Below are positions 11,051 to 24,034 of a stretch of DNA of 61,665 bases, one piece after another. The notes beneath the pieces were generated by a model, which was given only the letters and a program-made list of their open reading frames with translations, was not told the origin of the DNA and did no database searches. The stretch comes from Octopus bimaculoides (lineage: Eukaryota). Each line of letters starts with the position of its first letter. The first letter of the stretch is position 1. The position numbers were made by a program, and so were the translations under genes. Location of the stretch: positions 101,885,625 to 101,947,289 of the forward strand of contig NC_068984.1 of NCBI RefSeq assembly GCF_001194135.2, in the 5' to 3' direction.

Positions 11051-13999
11051 GATTAGAAAATTGATATACTTATCCAAAGCAGACTGCTATTCAATTCAAC
11101 TGACTCGTTCCCTGATCACTTGTAACTGTATTGCCGATGTACCTAATTCCTCTTCTATATAGCAGCAATTCGGCTGTTGCTAGGCAATTCTCCCCAAAAC
11201 CTGTAGACAAGTGTCCTGAAATACTGACGTCTAGAAACGAATTGAGCAATATTATCAAGGCCAATGATTTATTTTTTACATGCCCCAGAGTGGCTGCAGT
11301 CTAATGACTGAAACAAATAAAAGATAAAAGTTAAAGTATAGTTATTTTGTATAGATTTTTTCTGATGTTTATTCTGCTGTATATCTTTTATGAAGAATTG
11401 TAGTTACTCTCAATATCCTTAGTTTATTGTGTATTTTCTGAGCGCAGTATGAAAAGTATTCACTTATCATATCTATCTTGACAAAGGACCATTTACCAAA
11501 TCGTTGATATATTTTCATTTCATCACGTCTTTATGCCTAGACGCAAAGCCCAAAGTAACATTCGTGAATGTGTTAAAAACAACCAATCTATTAGTAAAAC
11601 ACACTCTACCAAGTAAACTCAAGACGAAGAACGGTGTTGTAAGTCGACTGATCACCACGCCTAGTTATGTCTGATTTTAGAAAGAGACAAGAAATTAGAT
11701 TTGCATCTACACCTATAATCGGATTCTGTTAGGGTCCCATATGGTAAAGATGTGGTTGGGAAAAGTGTGGGTAGAGGGTGATGTGTGAGCAACCCTTTCC
11801 CCTTACTGTTTTACAAAGTAAACAACAACACAAATAATTACGCAGAAACAAGAACAAAAACAACAAGCGTTATTAAAAGAGAAAAGAAGCATGGTCATTC
11901 CTTATTCAAGTGACCTTATCTTATCGCCCGTCACTTGTTATACGCTTATAAATTAGTTTGATAGCTGAGCTCTGATTGGCTGTATGCAAATGATTCATTT
12001 TTGCGGTCCGGAACTCACGTAGGAAAAAAAATTTCGTGCCCCGAAGCGGCCCTTCCATTTGCTGCCCCTGAACCCCACAAAAAACACATATTGTCTACAA
12101 CAGACCCAAAGGTGCCGCCCCTTTAAAAGTGCCACCTGGGGTGGACCACCCCATACTGCCCCCACCCCTTCCAGCTACGCTAGTGCGACTTTGCCTTTCA
12201 TCTTTCAGGGCCGATAAAATAAGAAACAGTTCATGGAATCAACTTATCCCCTCTTCGAAATTACTGGCCTTGTGCCCAAATTTGAAACCAATATCAATTA
12301 TGTTGACATTTGTAATGAATGGTTCTCTCTAAGAATTTCTGGCATTTACTAAATTATTATTTGCCGTTTTTGTCATCGCGAATTTAGTTCCTCACTGGAT
12401 GGAGCAGGCAACATTTAGTTATCGCATAACATTCATGAAATTATAATTTTGTCCCCAATCTTTCGATTTCATTAAAAAGCAGACGATGATCAGTCAACAA
12501 TGAATATTTTGTATCTAATTATCTTTCCTGTTTGTAATTTCTGTTTCTTGTCTTATTTCCATTCCTTTCATTTTCCTTCTTTTACTTTTTCTTTGTTCTT
12601 TTTTTCTGACTCTTCCTTGTTTCCTTTCTTGCAATCAAGAAATATTCTTTGCTTGATGATTTTACACTGTTAAACTATGTAATTTACCTGTAAAAAAATC
12701 TAATGCTTAACTTTTTATTTGTGTTTTATGTATATACTAGCAGAAATGCCCAGCGTTGCTCGGGGCTGAATTGCTTTAAAGTACTGTTAATGATTCTACT
12801 CAATTATGATTATTGAAGCAAAGATTGATATAAGTTAACGCCCAACCAATCGATTTGCAACTGGATAGAAAGCCCTGCAAAGAGCATTGCAACACTGTAT
12901 GAAGGGGGTAACAATAGAATGTGAGGTGACTCTGAAAAGGCTGTGTTATCGTTCTCACAATTGTAACAATTTGGTAGGTGGTCCTGGAAGGGTGTGTAAA
13001 ACGTTCGCATGTGAATACGGCGTGTTCCTTTTCCACCAATGGCAGGAGACATGCTGTTACAAAACTTCATGCTCTGTGAAAACAGAATAGGTGCCCTATG
13101 GAGGAAAGAGGGGGATTAATCATGGGTAAGAAAATACAGGGTAAGTTTGAAAATATACAACAATAGCATCTACTCACCATATGTCAGACCAGGAAGAGTG
13201 TAGTGATGCTGAATAGATGAATCACAACACTTCTGTCATGGAGATGTTGTGTAAAATGACCTGTTACTTTTGAATATTTTCTATTTGATGTAAAATGTAA
13301 TGGTGTAAAATATAATGGTGAGAGAGAGGGTGTATGTATTTAGTTTTATCGACTTTTGAAGTCTTGTTATTTGATGTAAATTGTAACGGCATGTAAGAGA
13401 TAGTTACTTCATGTAATTATTTTTATCCATTTGTTTTATTGATTGTCGTTATGATTACATTTGTTGTATAAAATGATATGTTGCTTGGTTTTCAAATTGT
13501 ATGTTGCGATCCTGTTGCCGCTGATGTAAACTGTAATGTTGAGAGAGGAGATGGAAGGGGTGGGGAGATGTCTCATGTACGTCGGATGTAGAAGATGAGG
13601 CTGCTGTGCTGACGAAGGGAGGGAAATAAAGCTGAACGGAGGCCAGGTGTTCGTGAAGTGTGAAGTAATTGCAGGGAACCGCCTAAAAATGTAAATGTTG
13701 TCATAAAAGCATTGTTGACGCTTTGAGAGTTGTACGGAAGTGAAATAGTAACGTGTCCATGTTTCCTCTGATGCCCGCCAAATGGGGGTTGGTGAGGAAG
13801 AACAGCTGATTTTTTAGCAGGGTCTGATTTGTAATGAAGCTTTGTAACGCCGCGAGAATCAGCCTTTTTACAGCTGATGGTTGGGAGTGTCAAGTGCACT
13901 GCAATGAATATTAACCTACACCTACTTAGAAATTACTGACGAAAAGGCAAACATTAAAAAAAAATTAGATATGTTATAAAATTAGGAAGCGAAGTAATC

Positions 14000-14868
14000 C
14001 TATAAAACCTCCTTGTACAGAATGTTTTTTGTTTTTCCTTGTGGAACGAATACGAAAGCATCACTCTTGCTGCCCACACGCGAGCAGCCAAAGTAAAGCT
14101 GACCATGAGAGAAACACGGCTCCCCGAAATGTATTCCCGCGACTGACAGCGTTTGCCCCTGTGCTTTGTTAATTGAGATTGCGATGCATGGCCTGACTGG
14201 AAACTGGGATGTCCGAAATGTGAAAGGTAGGTCTGCTCCTGATGGGAAAAGATGCATCCTCGGTATGAGCACAACGTTGCCTCGACCGCACCCAGTGATT
14301 ATTGTGGCCTCAATTAAATCGGGAGATAACGACTTAACGATCAAACGTGTCCAATTGCATTGTTTCGGTGGAACCAAATTTCGAATGAGCATTATAGGGG
14401 TACCGAGTTTAAGTTTCAGAATGTGTGGGGTAGTCCAGGGGCTCAAAGGAATTTAGTACCTCTATTGGATAGATGATGACGTCCTCGGGGTCAGGAGTTC
14501 TATCGATAGAGATATATATATAGCAATCCCCAAGGATGAGTTTTAGCATTTGATCATTAATATGGTTAACAGTTTTATTCTTCGGTGCCAGAATAGCCCT
14601 TTGGCCAATCCAATCCATATTCTGATAATTTACTTGGAGATCTGGGAACACTGCATCCGTGTATTAACAATGGTACAAAGTGAATCGATGGCAACATTAC
14701 CCTTTTCGTCGCAGGGAGCTTTGCCTTTGCCAAGGAGGGTGTGAGAAAATTCTGCTGATGCTATGTTACCTCGCATATGAGCACGCATGTTAGTGTTAAG
14801 TTTGAGAGGCTTCACCAGGGGCCACAATGCGGATGACTTAAGACACGCACGTACTGTATCAGCTCTGG
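14000..14868 (-). pseudogene. Helitron Pif1-family helicase, C-terminal half (frameshifted)
   Basis: RADTVRACLKSSALWPLVKPLKLNTNMR, RAILAPKNKTVNHIN, LKLGTPIMLIRNL..CNWTRL, QFPVRPCIAISINKAQGQT, FSHGQLYFGCSRV (Pif1 motifs IV-VI). Confidence 0.9.
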
Positions 14869-15812
14869 CTGAAGACGACTGTCACGGCTATGAATAAGTA
14901 TGTCTCGCTTATTGTGCTGTTCACCATGGAGAAGTACAGCCACTTCATTGCACGAAGAAGCGTTATAACGGCGTGCGTGCTCCCCAGAAGGTCTTTTGTC
15001 AGCATCGATGACAATGGTGAAGTTTGGTGAAGGGGCTGTTTGCAAGGCGTATTTGAAACTGCGAATATAGCTGTTGTGCTCATGAAGCATGTTTTGCACA
15101 CTAAGTAGAACGTCTCTGTCAAAAGTGTCAGCGTCAGTGTTTGCAAGTGGTGGAATAACGCCGAACCGCACATCAAGTTGCCAACTGTAATTGGAAATGA
15201 AGTAAATTTGGAGGAATGAAGGCTTGCAATTTTGTAGTGGTTTGAGCGACCCAATAAGATGGTACACCTGTCCCTGGACCTTGAAAGTAGGCATCCAACC
15301 ACTGTCTGTGACAACGTTAGCCTCAAAAGAAGTCATCTGAAACGCACAATTGTAATTTCTGATGATTTGAAAGAATTTTGATGACCTTGAGGTAGAACCA
15401 GTAAGTAGTTCCTTCAAAGGCTGTGGCGGTTCTGGAAGAGGGGGAAAGCTGACCTTACTGTTTAAGCAGCACATTCCAGGTGGCTCCCCAGCCCACTTTT
15501 TAGCATTGCAGAATTGGCAATGGAAGCACATTTCCCGTATATTTATGTCAGCGCGGATGGAGTAATTAAAATTTGGCTCATACTTGAGAGCCCGTAGGTG
15601 CCAGTAATGGCTGTTGGGACTCGTCACACCGCGGGCAGCTTCTCGCCATCGACTGTTCCGCTGCAACGTAGAACGTAGCTGGTGTTTGTCGTGGGAAGGT
15701 CTCGCAGCAGTAGCAGAAGGCACATTTGCAATGATAATGGACTGCCCATCTGCATCTTCAGAAGCTATGGAAGCAGTCATAGCCACAGCGTTCCTAGGAA
15801 GGCGAGTCGTCC
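14869..15812 (-). pseudogene. Helitron RepHel N-terminal region (Zn-binding CxxC..CC, pre-Rep)
   Basis: CQFCNAKKWAGEPPGMCCLNSKVSFPPLPEPPQPL, IRNYNCAFQMTSF, PTFKVQGQVYHLIGSL, FLQIYF, RRYNASSCNEVAV. Ends before the HUH motifs. Confidence 0.85.
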
Positions 15813-15876
<64 letters not shown>

Positions 15877-15886
15877 GATAGATACA

Positions 15887-16520
15887 CTAGCAAATTTACC
15901 CATCTACGATGGAGGCATAAGATGAAGGAAGGAAGTCATAACAGCAATATGTATTGAGAAACGTATAAATGGACTTGATAGGTTACTGAGTGATGTCTTA
16001 GAGAAATCACATTATTGTTGGCGATACAGCATTCTATTGCAGCTATATGACATGTGTTTGCGACTAGTGACGTGTGATGACAATTCACTTCCGAACTGAA
16101 ATAGGCTCGCTGCCTCTGTATCATGAATGGTTATGTAGACCACTCCCTACGAATGTCAGATCTTCTTTCGACCACTACATAAAGAGTATTAAGAAAAAAA
16201 TGTTATTTCGGTATACTTTTATTTTAGTTGTTTACACTATTTTACGCTTGTTTATACTCTTATACATTCCAAGTTCACAAATTTCCTTATTTAAATTATG
16301 AATCATATTCCTTTCGATTATATCAATATGCTTACACAACTTCTTTGTAACGATATTTTCTGTTTGGCCGACACTAATTTTCAAATTACTGGAGTCCGTT
16401 TCTCTACCCATAGCGACGTATAACTGGCCATGTGTAAATATGAAGTGGGTAAAAATACACCTACACGACCTAAAATTTGGCCCTGTGCTTCGTTTGCTGT
16501 GAATACGCAAGTTGAATCTT
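15887..16520 (-). mobile_element. Helitron B, 3' fragment (Pif1 C-terminus plus 3' terminus)
   Basis: AQGQILGRVGVFLP / FTHGQLYVAMGR...GQTENIV at ~16340-16500; hairpin ccatc-gta-gatgg (15900-15912); CTAG|T at 15887-15890. Confidence 0.75.
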
Positions 16521-16721
16521 TAGGGTTGCAAAATATCAAACAAAAACTTACCTCTTACTGTTCTAGGTTTTGAATTACATACGATTGACTAAACAAAACA
16601 CTTCCTGGATTCATCATTCCAAGCCAACATACTTCATATTGTATAAACTTAGCCATTAACTGCAAAAACTTCTAGGGGTGCCATCAGCTCAACAAAGTGA
16701 CCTAAGCTAACTACCAACTCT

Positions 16722-16815
<94 letters not shown>

Positions 16816-17691
16816 TTCTCCCCCTATCTTTCTCTCTCCTTCTCTCTTCTCGCTTTTCCTCATTGTTCATACTTTGTCTAACCTCATTTCAAATACTTGG
16901 ACCACACCTTTGTTCCCAAAACTCCCAGCACTCTGGATCCTCTCAAATATCGATGAGAAGTGGAATTTGAAGTTGAGAGTACAAACCTCCTCGACAGTTT
17001 GGGACAGTCCACACACAATAACAGCACCAAACCTTTCACGATATTCTATCGACGTGGTTCAAATGTGAATCTCTCTATGTTTTTCCTGAATATAAACAAG
17101 GAATGGTGCTCCGCCAGCTTCGACGATAAGTATTCCATCAATTGAAAAAAAAATGCTCATTGAATTAGCATATAATTAGCTGAGTATTCCACAGATGCAT
17201 GTACCATTAAAGTAATTCACACGTCGACCTTTAACTTACAAGTAAATTCCATCCCATGGGCTTCCACACAGTTTCCACCCACCCACTTTCATTCAAAAGT
17301 CTTGGGTTGAACCGAGTGCACCTGTCACGCAGCGGTGTCGTCTCCTGGAGTTTGACGAAATGAGATCTTTAATTATGTTGCCATGTTGATTCCACAGTGA
17401 TTTTAAGGTTCTGTTTTTCCCTTCATCTCTCTCTCTCTCCTTTTTTTTCTCTGTCTTTGTCTGTCCGTCTGCCTATCTGTCTGTCTCTCTCTCCCTCTCA
17501 TACACACGCGCGGCGCGCGGCTGAAATGGTGTCTTTCTCTGCTCACGATTACAAAGACATCTAAAACTTTTAGCAAATGCATTGTGCATGCGACCAAGTC
17601 ACGCAAATGATGCTTGTAATAATGTGTGCGTGTATGTGTATGTGTGTGAGTGAATGAAAGAAAGTAAGAGAGAGCGCGCGAAAGAGAGGTT

Positions 17692-17755
<64 letters not shown>

Positions 17756-18229
17756 AGAAGCACATACGTACAAAAACAATGTGAGAAAAATTGTACTCGA
17801 ATATCAAAGGTAGAATTTAATATTGCGTTTTATTAAAGCTGAAAAACTTCTCAGATTGTTACTCCAAGTTTCACATAATCAATCTTCAGATGGAAGTGAA
17901 CTTTTGAAACAACAGCAAGGATTTTATTTCCGTATTACTTAAAATTGATTAAAGCGAAGCGTTGTATCTTGGTGAAGTCAGTCGTTATAAACCTGTCTTC
18001 TATAAGAAAAATTGACAAAAACCATTACGTGAAGGCGATCTCGTAGAAGTAGAACAAAGAAAACTTTGTGGTTTAAGCCGACAATCATTATGATTGTAAA
18101 GACTAATATAGCTACGGAATTCATAAAGATATCGAGACATTTTCCCCTGGGAGCACAGATAGTATGGACTATTCTACAAAAATACATTAAAGGTTAACAA
18201 CTCTTGCTGCAAAAATTTCACCTCGTCGA

Positions 18230-18289
18230 TCAGCCAACAGAATGCAAAAAGCCTCTTCGAAAAGAGACATTTTGCATTCTGTTGGTTGA
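18230..18289. other. 60-nt near-perfect hairpin
   Basis: tcagccaacagaatgcaaaa / ttttgcattctgttggttga forms a 20-bp stem (one G-U) plus an upper ctctt/aagag stem and a cgaa loop. Confidence 0.8.
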
Positions 18290-19659
18290 AAACAAAAATG
18301 AGCAAACTGCTAAGAGCAACAGCATCATCTTAGTAACTGCATACCTAATGGCAATGACTTCACCAAAAAGATAGGGTAAAGGCTAAAGTTCATTTGACAA
18401 CATCCCTGGATATAAAAAACATTAAGAAAAACATATAAAAAAAAAACAGAGTATTAACAGACAATAATTTCAAGACGAGATTTTATGTGCAACGCAGCAA
18501 TAGTGAGTTATCGAGATATGGTATATATTGCTTGTTAAGTGAACAAATGCCTCGTAACACATCGCCCCTATTGCCTAGTAAGTGCTGTGAACACAGTTTT
18601 AGTCGCGAAGATGTGATGAACCTCAATTTTAACAACGGAACGCATTATTTATCCATATTCAGACATAATATTACTGAAGGCAGATTAGAAAATATAATGT
18701 CGGTCAGAGTAAAAGAAAGAGTGAGAAAAATGTCAAACAATAAGACAATTAGATATACAGCTGTGTTCTAAGGCCAACAACAACTGAAAATGAAAAGTAA
18801 ATAACTGCCATTGACTGATAAGTGAGAAGAAATACAAAGGTTTAAGCTGTTGCAAATATTAGATAATACACTTGTGAAGCTATTGACTTGTCACCACTTC
18901 CGTAAGTATTAAGTAATGTAATGAACTAATCTAAATTTTCAGCTTTGCAAATTCTCACCTAATTCTTGTCACTATCTTCATTGTCCTATTAACCGATATT
19001 ATTCAAAAGTATGTAAAGTTAATACAGTTATTGTAAACGGAAACGTTCAACTGGGGTAGATAACGTCACTTCCATTTTTAATGACTATCATGAAAAATAT
19101 ATTTTAAAATTTATTTTCCAAACTATCTTCGATTCACATATATTATATTATTGATGTTACTGTAAATTTGAAAATCGCTTCTCAGCTAGCCGCTTAGGCT
19201 TCCAATTATTATATTGTTGTAGCTGGATGTTGAAGTCAAGTCTGACCGTGCGATAATGCCTGAATGTAATGCAGCTATGACTATCACGTCTATCTCTGAA
19301 ATATGGATCAAGAACTACATTACATAATATAACCTGCTATTTTTAAGACGGTAAGGTGAGACTGGAAAAATATATAACTTCAATTTTTAGCAATTCGAGC
19401 GACCGAATAGGGGTATCAGTATTCATTCTCCGAGGGTATGATTTTGCTTCCTTTATCACACTTTGGAGAGATACGAACATTACAACTTCCCTTTCGTTTT
19501 CTGCTTAAACCTTGCAGCTGCTGTATCAACCAGTTTGGTTAAAAAAACAAAAAGGAATTGGTTTAGACAGGATTGAAATTTACGAAGCTGATTTGTTCGT
19601 GAAACATTCTCTGAGAATGTAGCCTCTTTGGGTCAGACCCGGTATTAGGAAGGGTGGGA

Positions 19660-19800
19660 ATCAACTAGACAATAGTTAGTGGGGGGTCCTCTACTCTAAA
19701 AAAGCTAAAGATTGATGTTTTATGCTTCGTGTAGCACGCTAGTCCCAGCCAAAAAGTATTGACGGCTTGAAGTTTTAATGTTTTATTATTAGTCAAGAGA
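19660..19800 (+). repeat. Dispersed repeat, second copy at ~51450-51640
   Basis: Shared gattgatgttttatgcttcgtgtag...agtcccagc and aagttttaatgtttta...agtcaag. Confidence 0.7.
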
Positions 19801-20874
19801 ACTACCGACATACTGTTTGTGAATAGACATTCTAAAAACAGAATTTCCAGGCCTTTTTTCTGAGAAGTCTTTCAAAATCATTTCAAAGTCAATAGTTTTT
19901 GTAATGTCATTTCCTATAGATNNNNNNNNNNNNNNNNNNNNNNNNNNNNNNNNNNNNNNNNNNNNNNNNNNNNNNNNNNNNNNNNNNNNNNNNNNNNNNN
20001 NNNNNNNNNNNNNNNNNNNNNNNNNNNNNNNNNNNNNNNNNNNNNNNNNNNNNNNNNNNNNNNNNNNNNNNNNNNNNNNNNNNNNNNNNNNNNNNNNNNN
20101 NNNNNNNNNNNNNNNNNNNNNNNNNNNNNNNNNNNNNNNNNNNNNNNNNNNNNNNNNNNNNNNNNNNNNNNNNNNNNNNNNNNNNNNNNNNNNNNNNNNN
20201 NNNNNNNNNNNNNNNNNNNNNNNNNNNNNNNNNNNNNNNNNNNNNNNNNNNNNNNNNNNNNNNNNNNNNNNNNNNNNNNNTAATTAATCAATTAATTAAT
20301 AATTGATAATTTTACCAAGTAGATCGGTACGTTAAAATAACCTTTTTAGGTAAAATTATACTAATATTCTATAATTATAAACATAATTATAATTATACAC
20401 TTAGTAGCAGAAAAGGAATTTTAAATTACTATTTCTAAATTCGGTGCACGCTGAAGCAATTAGCAGACCCCTAATTATAATTTTTTTATATTTTACCCTT
20501 TTATTATTAATATTGAAATTATAATTACTCCCTGATCGAAAGCTGCAATTTCTGTGGGGTTGCTCGTAACATGCCCGTGGGTATTGAGGATGAATATGTG
20601 TTCACATTCGGCTGTATATTTTTGGAAGTGTTGGTTGGATATCAGTTATGCGATGACGCTCGATCGTGTACACATTTAATCCTAGCACTCTCAAATTTAT
20701 ATTTGAAATGCTGCACTGCAGAAGTGAAATAAGTAAGTAAATATAACTTTATTTTAATCCCGAAACGCGTATGTAACTAATCTGTGTCGTGCGGATTCGT
20801 TATTTTTTCTTTTTGCTTACGTAAAAAAAGTGGGAAATCTTTACGGTAGCAGAAAATGAATTTTAACTCATAAT

Positions 20875-21585
20875 AATTTCTTTTATTGGCTACAAAGACC
20901 GAACACAAAACAAATAGGGACGATACAATAAAGGGGACAAGCGGGGTGTTGAACAATGCCGTGTATACAATAAGTAACAAAAACAATTAAAAAAACAATT
21001 AAACAATGAAAATTCCCCGAAAAGGGGAGCTCCTCGGAGGGACAACCGAAAAACCCTAAACATTCTGGTTATCCCGACCGACTGCCAAGTGCACTTCAGT
21101 AAGCACCTCTCTCCTTCTCAAGCCCCTCCGGTTTCAAACGAAAGTTCACAGTAGGCCCATTCACACGGGTCATCCTCGCCAGATTCAGCCACCAGTCAAC
21201 AAATTTACTGGGGTGGGTGGGGGGAGAACTTCCCTCTCTACTCTCACTTTCCTTTTCAGGTGGCACTTGGAAAAGTCGATGAGGGCTTGGCCGAAGAGGA
21301 AAGCATCTGTCTTCAGTCCTTTCAGCCTCGTCCACCACACTACCTCCTTCGTCATAGCCACCAGATAGAGGAAAACTGCTTTTCCTTCCCGGCCAAAGGA
21401 AGGCAGCAGGACGATCTTTACGATGGACTTGGTTGATAACAGGATCCATCCTACGCGCGGCAACAGCTGTTTGACAAAGCTCTGCAAGTCAGTAATACAC
21501 GGACACTGGACGAGTACGTGAAGGACGGTTTCGTCGCCCTGTACACACCTCCGTGACTGTAAAACCAAGACACAGTCACCGTCGA
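20875..21585 (-). mobile_element. Tx1/L1-clade LINE, 5'-truncated 3' fragment
   Basis: CVQGDETVLHVLVQCPCI...LSTKSIVKIV..PSFGREGKAVF..LVAMTKEVVWWTRLKG...HLKRKVRVEREVL. AATAAA on minus at ~20881-20886. Confidence 0.85.
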
Positions 21586-21714
21586 TAGATTTATAGTGAA
21601 ACCTCTCTCTCGGGCAGTTTATCATAAATGATAACGAAGCTGTTAACATCTAGCCTTCGGTTGCCTTGGATTTTTCTGTCCATCATCCTGATTGGTTCTT
21701 ATTTGCATGGCAAT

Positions 21715-22672
21715 TGTCCCCATGTTCTGCTTGCTAAGGGGGCATTACGTCCAATCGTGGCCTAAAGATAAAGTCACGTGAGAAGAAGTTTTACTGGGTT
21801 TCCGGTGAGCCCTTTTTCGCCTATAAATAAGCCCGATCCAACGACGGCAATCGTCTTCGATTCCAGATCTCTCACAGGTCTGGTCGTTGACCACACACAT
21901 ACAGAACACAGCTACAGCCAGTTCCAGCACCGACGTCTTCACCACCAATGTATTGTCTACCATTATCGTCGCCAGCAACACCAACATCAACAAGCGCGGT
22001 TTTATCTTCACTGTATGAGTGGAGTTTCCACTCACGAGCAACAGTCAGAACTAACCAGCGAGAATATTCCGTATCAGGTAACACAGGTCACAGCATTCGA
22101 CGCTCAACACACATAGTGTGATACTACAACTCTGCTCCTTGACCACAACTTCCTGNNNNNNNNNNGGTAACACAGGTCACAGCATTCGACGCTCAACACA
22201 CATAGTGTGATACTACAACTCTGCTCCTTGACCACAACTTCCTGCGTATGAACATTCTATCTCCTTGTGTAACTTTAATACGAACTGGTTTTTCTCTATC
22301 TCAGTGTTTGAGACCTTTTACAGTCTATGTTACAGACACTCTTTCTATGTTCTGTGTTGCCTCTCATTCACACGCACACTTGTACTCTCACATATTGTAC
22401 ACACACTATTGTTTATACGACTGTCCGTCACTTCACATTGTTGTATACATTCTCTTTTACACAAAGGCCTGATTTAATACTGTGTTAATTTTATATGTCG
22501 CATGCACGCACACACAGACAAACAGTTTCACTTTGTTAATAAATTTATTCTCATTATATATCTAACGGTTGAGTTTGTCCTAAGTTCTTTTACTGGCTCT
22601 ATGGCTCGTATCTCTTACGACGAGCCTATTATCTTATATATATATCTTTATTTTGTTTTCGACCGTGCGACA
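21715..22672 (+). mobile_element. Putative solo LTR (~960 bp)
   Basis: Starts TGTC and ends GACA; TATAAATA at ~21823; AATAAA at ~22538; T-rich U5-like end. The TSD cannot be tested because an N gap follows. Confidence 0.45.
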
Positions 22673-22751
22673 TNNNNNNNNNNGGACAGGACAATTAAAA
22701 CGCCTTCCCGTTTCCAGTGACAGTCAACAGTTCTGGGGTGGCGGGGAGCTA

Positions 22752-23371
22752 TGTAGGGCAGGATTCATGACAGATGAACTGTAGACAGGAACTTCGCTGC
22801 GGGCTAGCTAGGAAGTTGGTCAGCAGTGAAAGGGACTTCCGGTGGGAGAAGAAGAACAAAAAGAATGTCAGCAGTGAATGCTAAACGAATCCGAATGAAC
22901 TAAACAGAAATAACTGGCGACTTGAGCCCTGATGTACATAAAGTAATAAACCTTTGATAAATGTATTCTCGTCTCCACTAGTTTGTTAGCGTATTGCTTA
23001 ACAAAGCTATACTATGTCAATATATAAATTTTAGAATCAGTTAGGTGTAATTAAGCCTCAGTGTTGTTTGTTGCTTGCCATGTTTGTTTTGATAGCGAGA
23101 GCTGTTGTTCTATCGTCGGGATCACTCGTTATAGCTTTGTTAAGCTATATGCAAACAAACTAGTGGAGACGAGACTACATTTATCAAAGATTTATTACTT
23201 TACGTACATCAGAGCTCAAGTCGCCAGTTATTTCTGTTTAGTTCATTCGGATTCGTTTAACATTCACTGCTGACATTCTTTTTGTTCTTCTTCTCCCACC
23301 GGAAGTCCCTTTCACTGCTGACCAACTTCCTAGCTAGTCAACAGTTCGTCTGTCATGAATCCTGCCCTACA
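22752..23371. repeat. Long foldback inverted repeat (260/242-bp arms, 118-bp spacer)
   Basis: 22752-23011 is the reverse complement of 23130-23371 apart from about ten substitutions and an 18-bp indel. Termini TGTAGGGC...GCCCTACA. Confidence 0.95.
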
Positions 23372-23508
23372 ATAGGATTGGGGATAGGAATGGGAGCGGA
23401 ACTAAAATGGGACTGAACAGGGAACGATATAGGATATGAAACAGTGTAATGGGAATGGGAACTGGAAATAACCCCCACTTTTTCGGGTATTACAGGGTAA
23501 TTCAGCTA

Positions 23509-23509
<1 letters not shown>
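23372..23509 (+). mobile_element. Probable Helitron 3' end fragment
   Basis: GGGAAT/GGGAAC-type repeats, then ...gggtaattcagCTAG|t followed by (TA)n. Confidence 0.4.
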
Positions 23510-23582
<73 letters not shown>

Positions 23583-23800
23583 TATGTAGAAATAAATAAA
23601 TCCGGAGGAGAAGCACACTCTGAGATGTAGAGCAGTTAATATTGTAGTGGGGTAGGCCGGTTTATGAAGTTACCCTGGCTTCTCGCTCATAAGGGGTTTG
23701 GCCGTACGGCATATCTTCAGACTCCAAACAGTGCTGGCTTGAGGTCTGAGAACTCAAAAGGTCCCTGAATAAGGGCTGTTTAAGGATGTTTCGTTCAACT

Positions 23801-23932
23801 TTACCTTCTGAGTTCAAATTCCGCCGAGGTCGACTTTGCCTTTCCTCCTGGATAGATTGAGGAAATGAGTATCAGATGAGCAATGGGGTTAACCCCGTCC
23901 CTGAAAATTTCATGCCTTCTACCAATTGTAAA
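23801..23932 (+). mobile_element. SINE family B fragment
   Basis: ttctgagttcaaattccgccgaggtcgactttgcctttc. Confidence 0.75.
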
Positions 23933-23967
23933 AATTATAATTATTATTAATGTTGCTACGACTATTT

Positions 23968-24034
<67 letters not shown>

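Larger units (their letters stand above)
12737..15812 (-). mobile_element. Helitron A, internally deleted RepHel element
   Basis: Canonical 3' end on minus: hairpin cccgagc-aac-gctggg (12749-12764), then CTAG (12737-12740), then T. RepHel coding remnants lie upstream. Confidence 0.9.

Noticed and set aside
17835-17895. Minus-strand CTGAAGA...GAAAC hammerhead-like motif
   Set aside because: Stems I and II do not pair; at best a dead relic.
18487-18771. 94-aa ORF as a gene
   Set aside because: No domain, splice or homology support visible.
22076-22245. 80-bp exact tandem duplicate around a 10-N gap
   Set aside because: Typical contig-overlap artefact.
23695-23725. Minus-strand CTGAAGA-hairpin-CAAAC motif
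   Set aside because: GAAA is mutated and there is no stem III or cleavage triplet.
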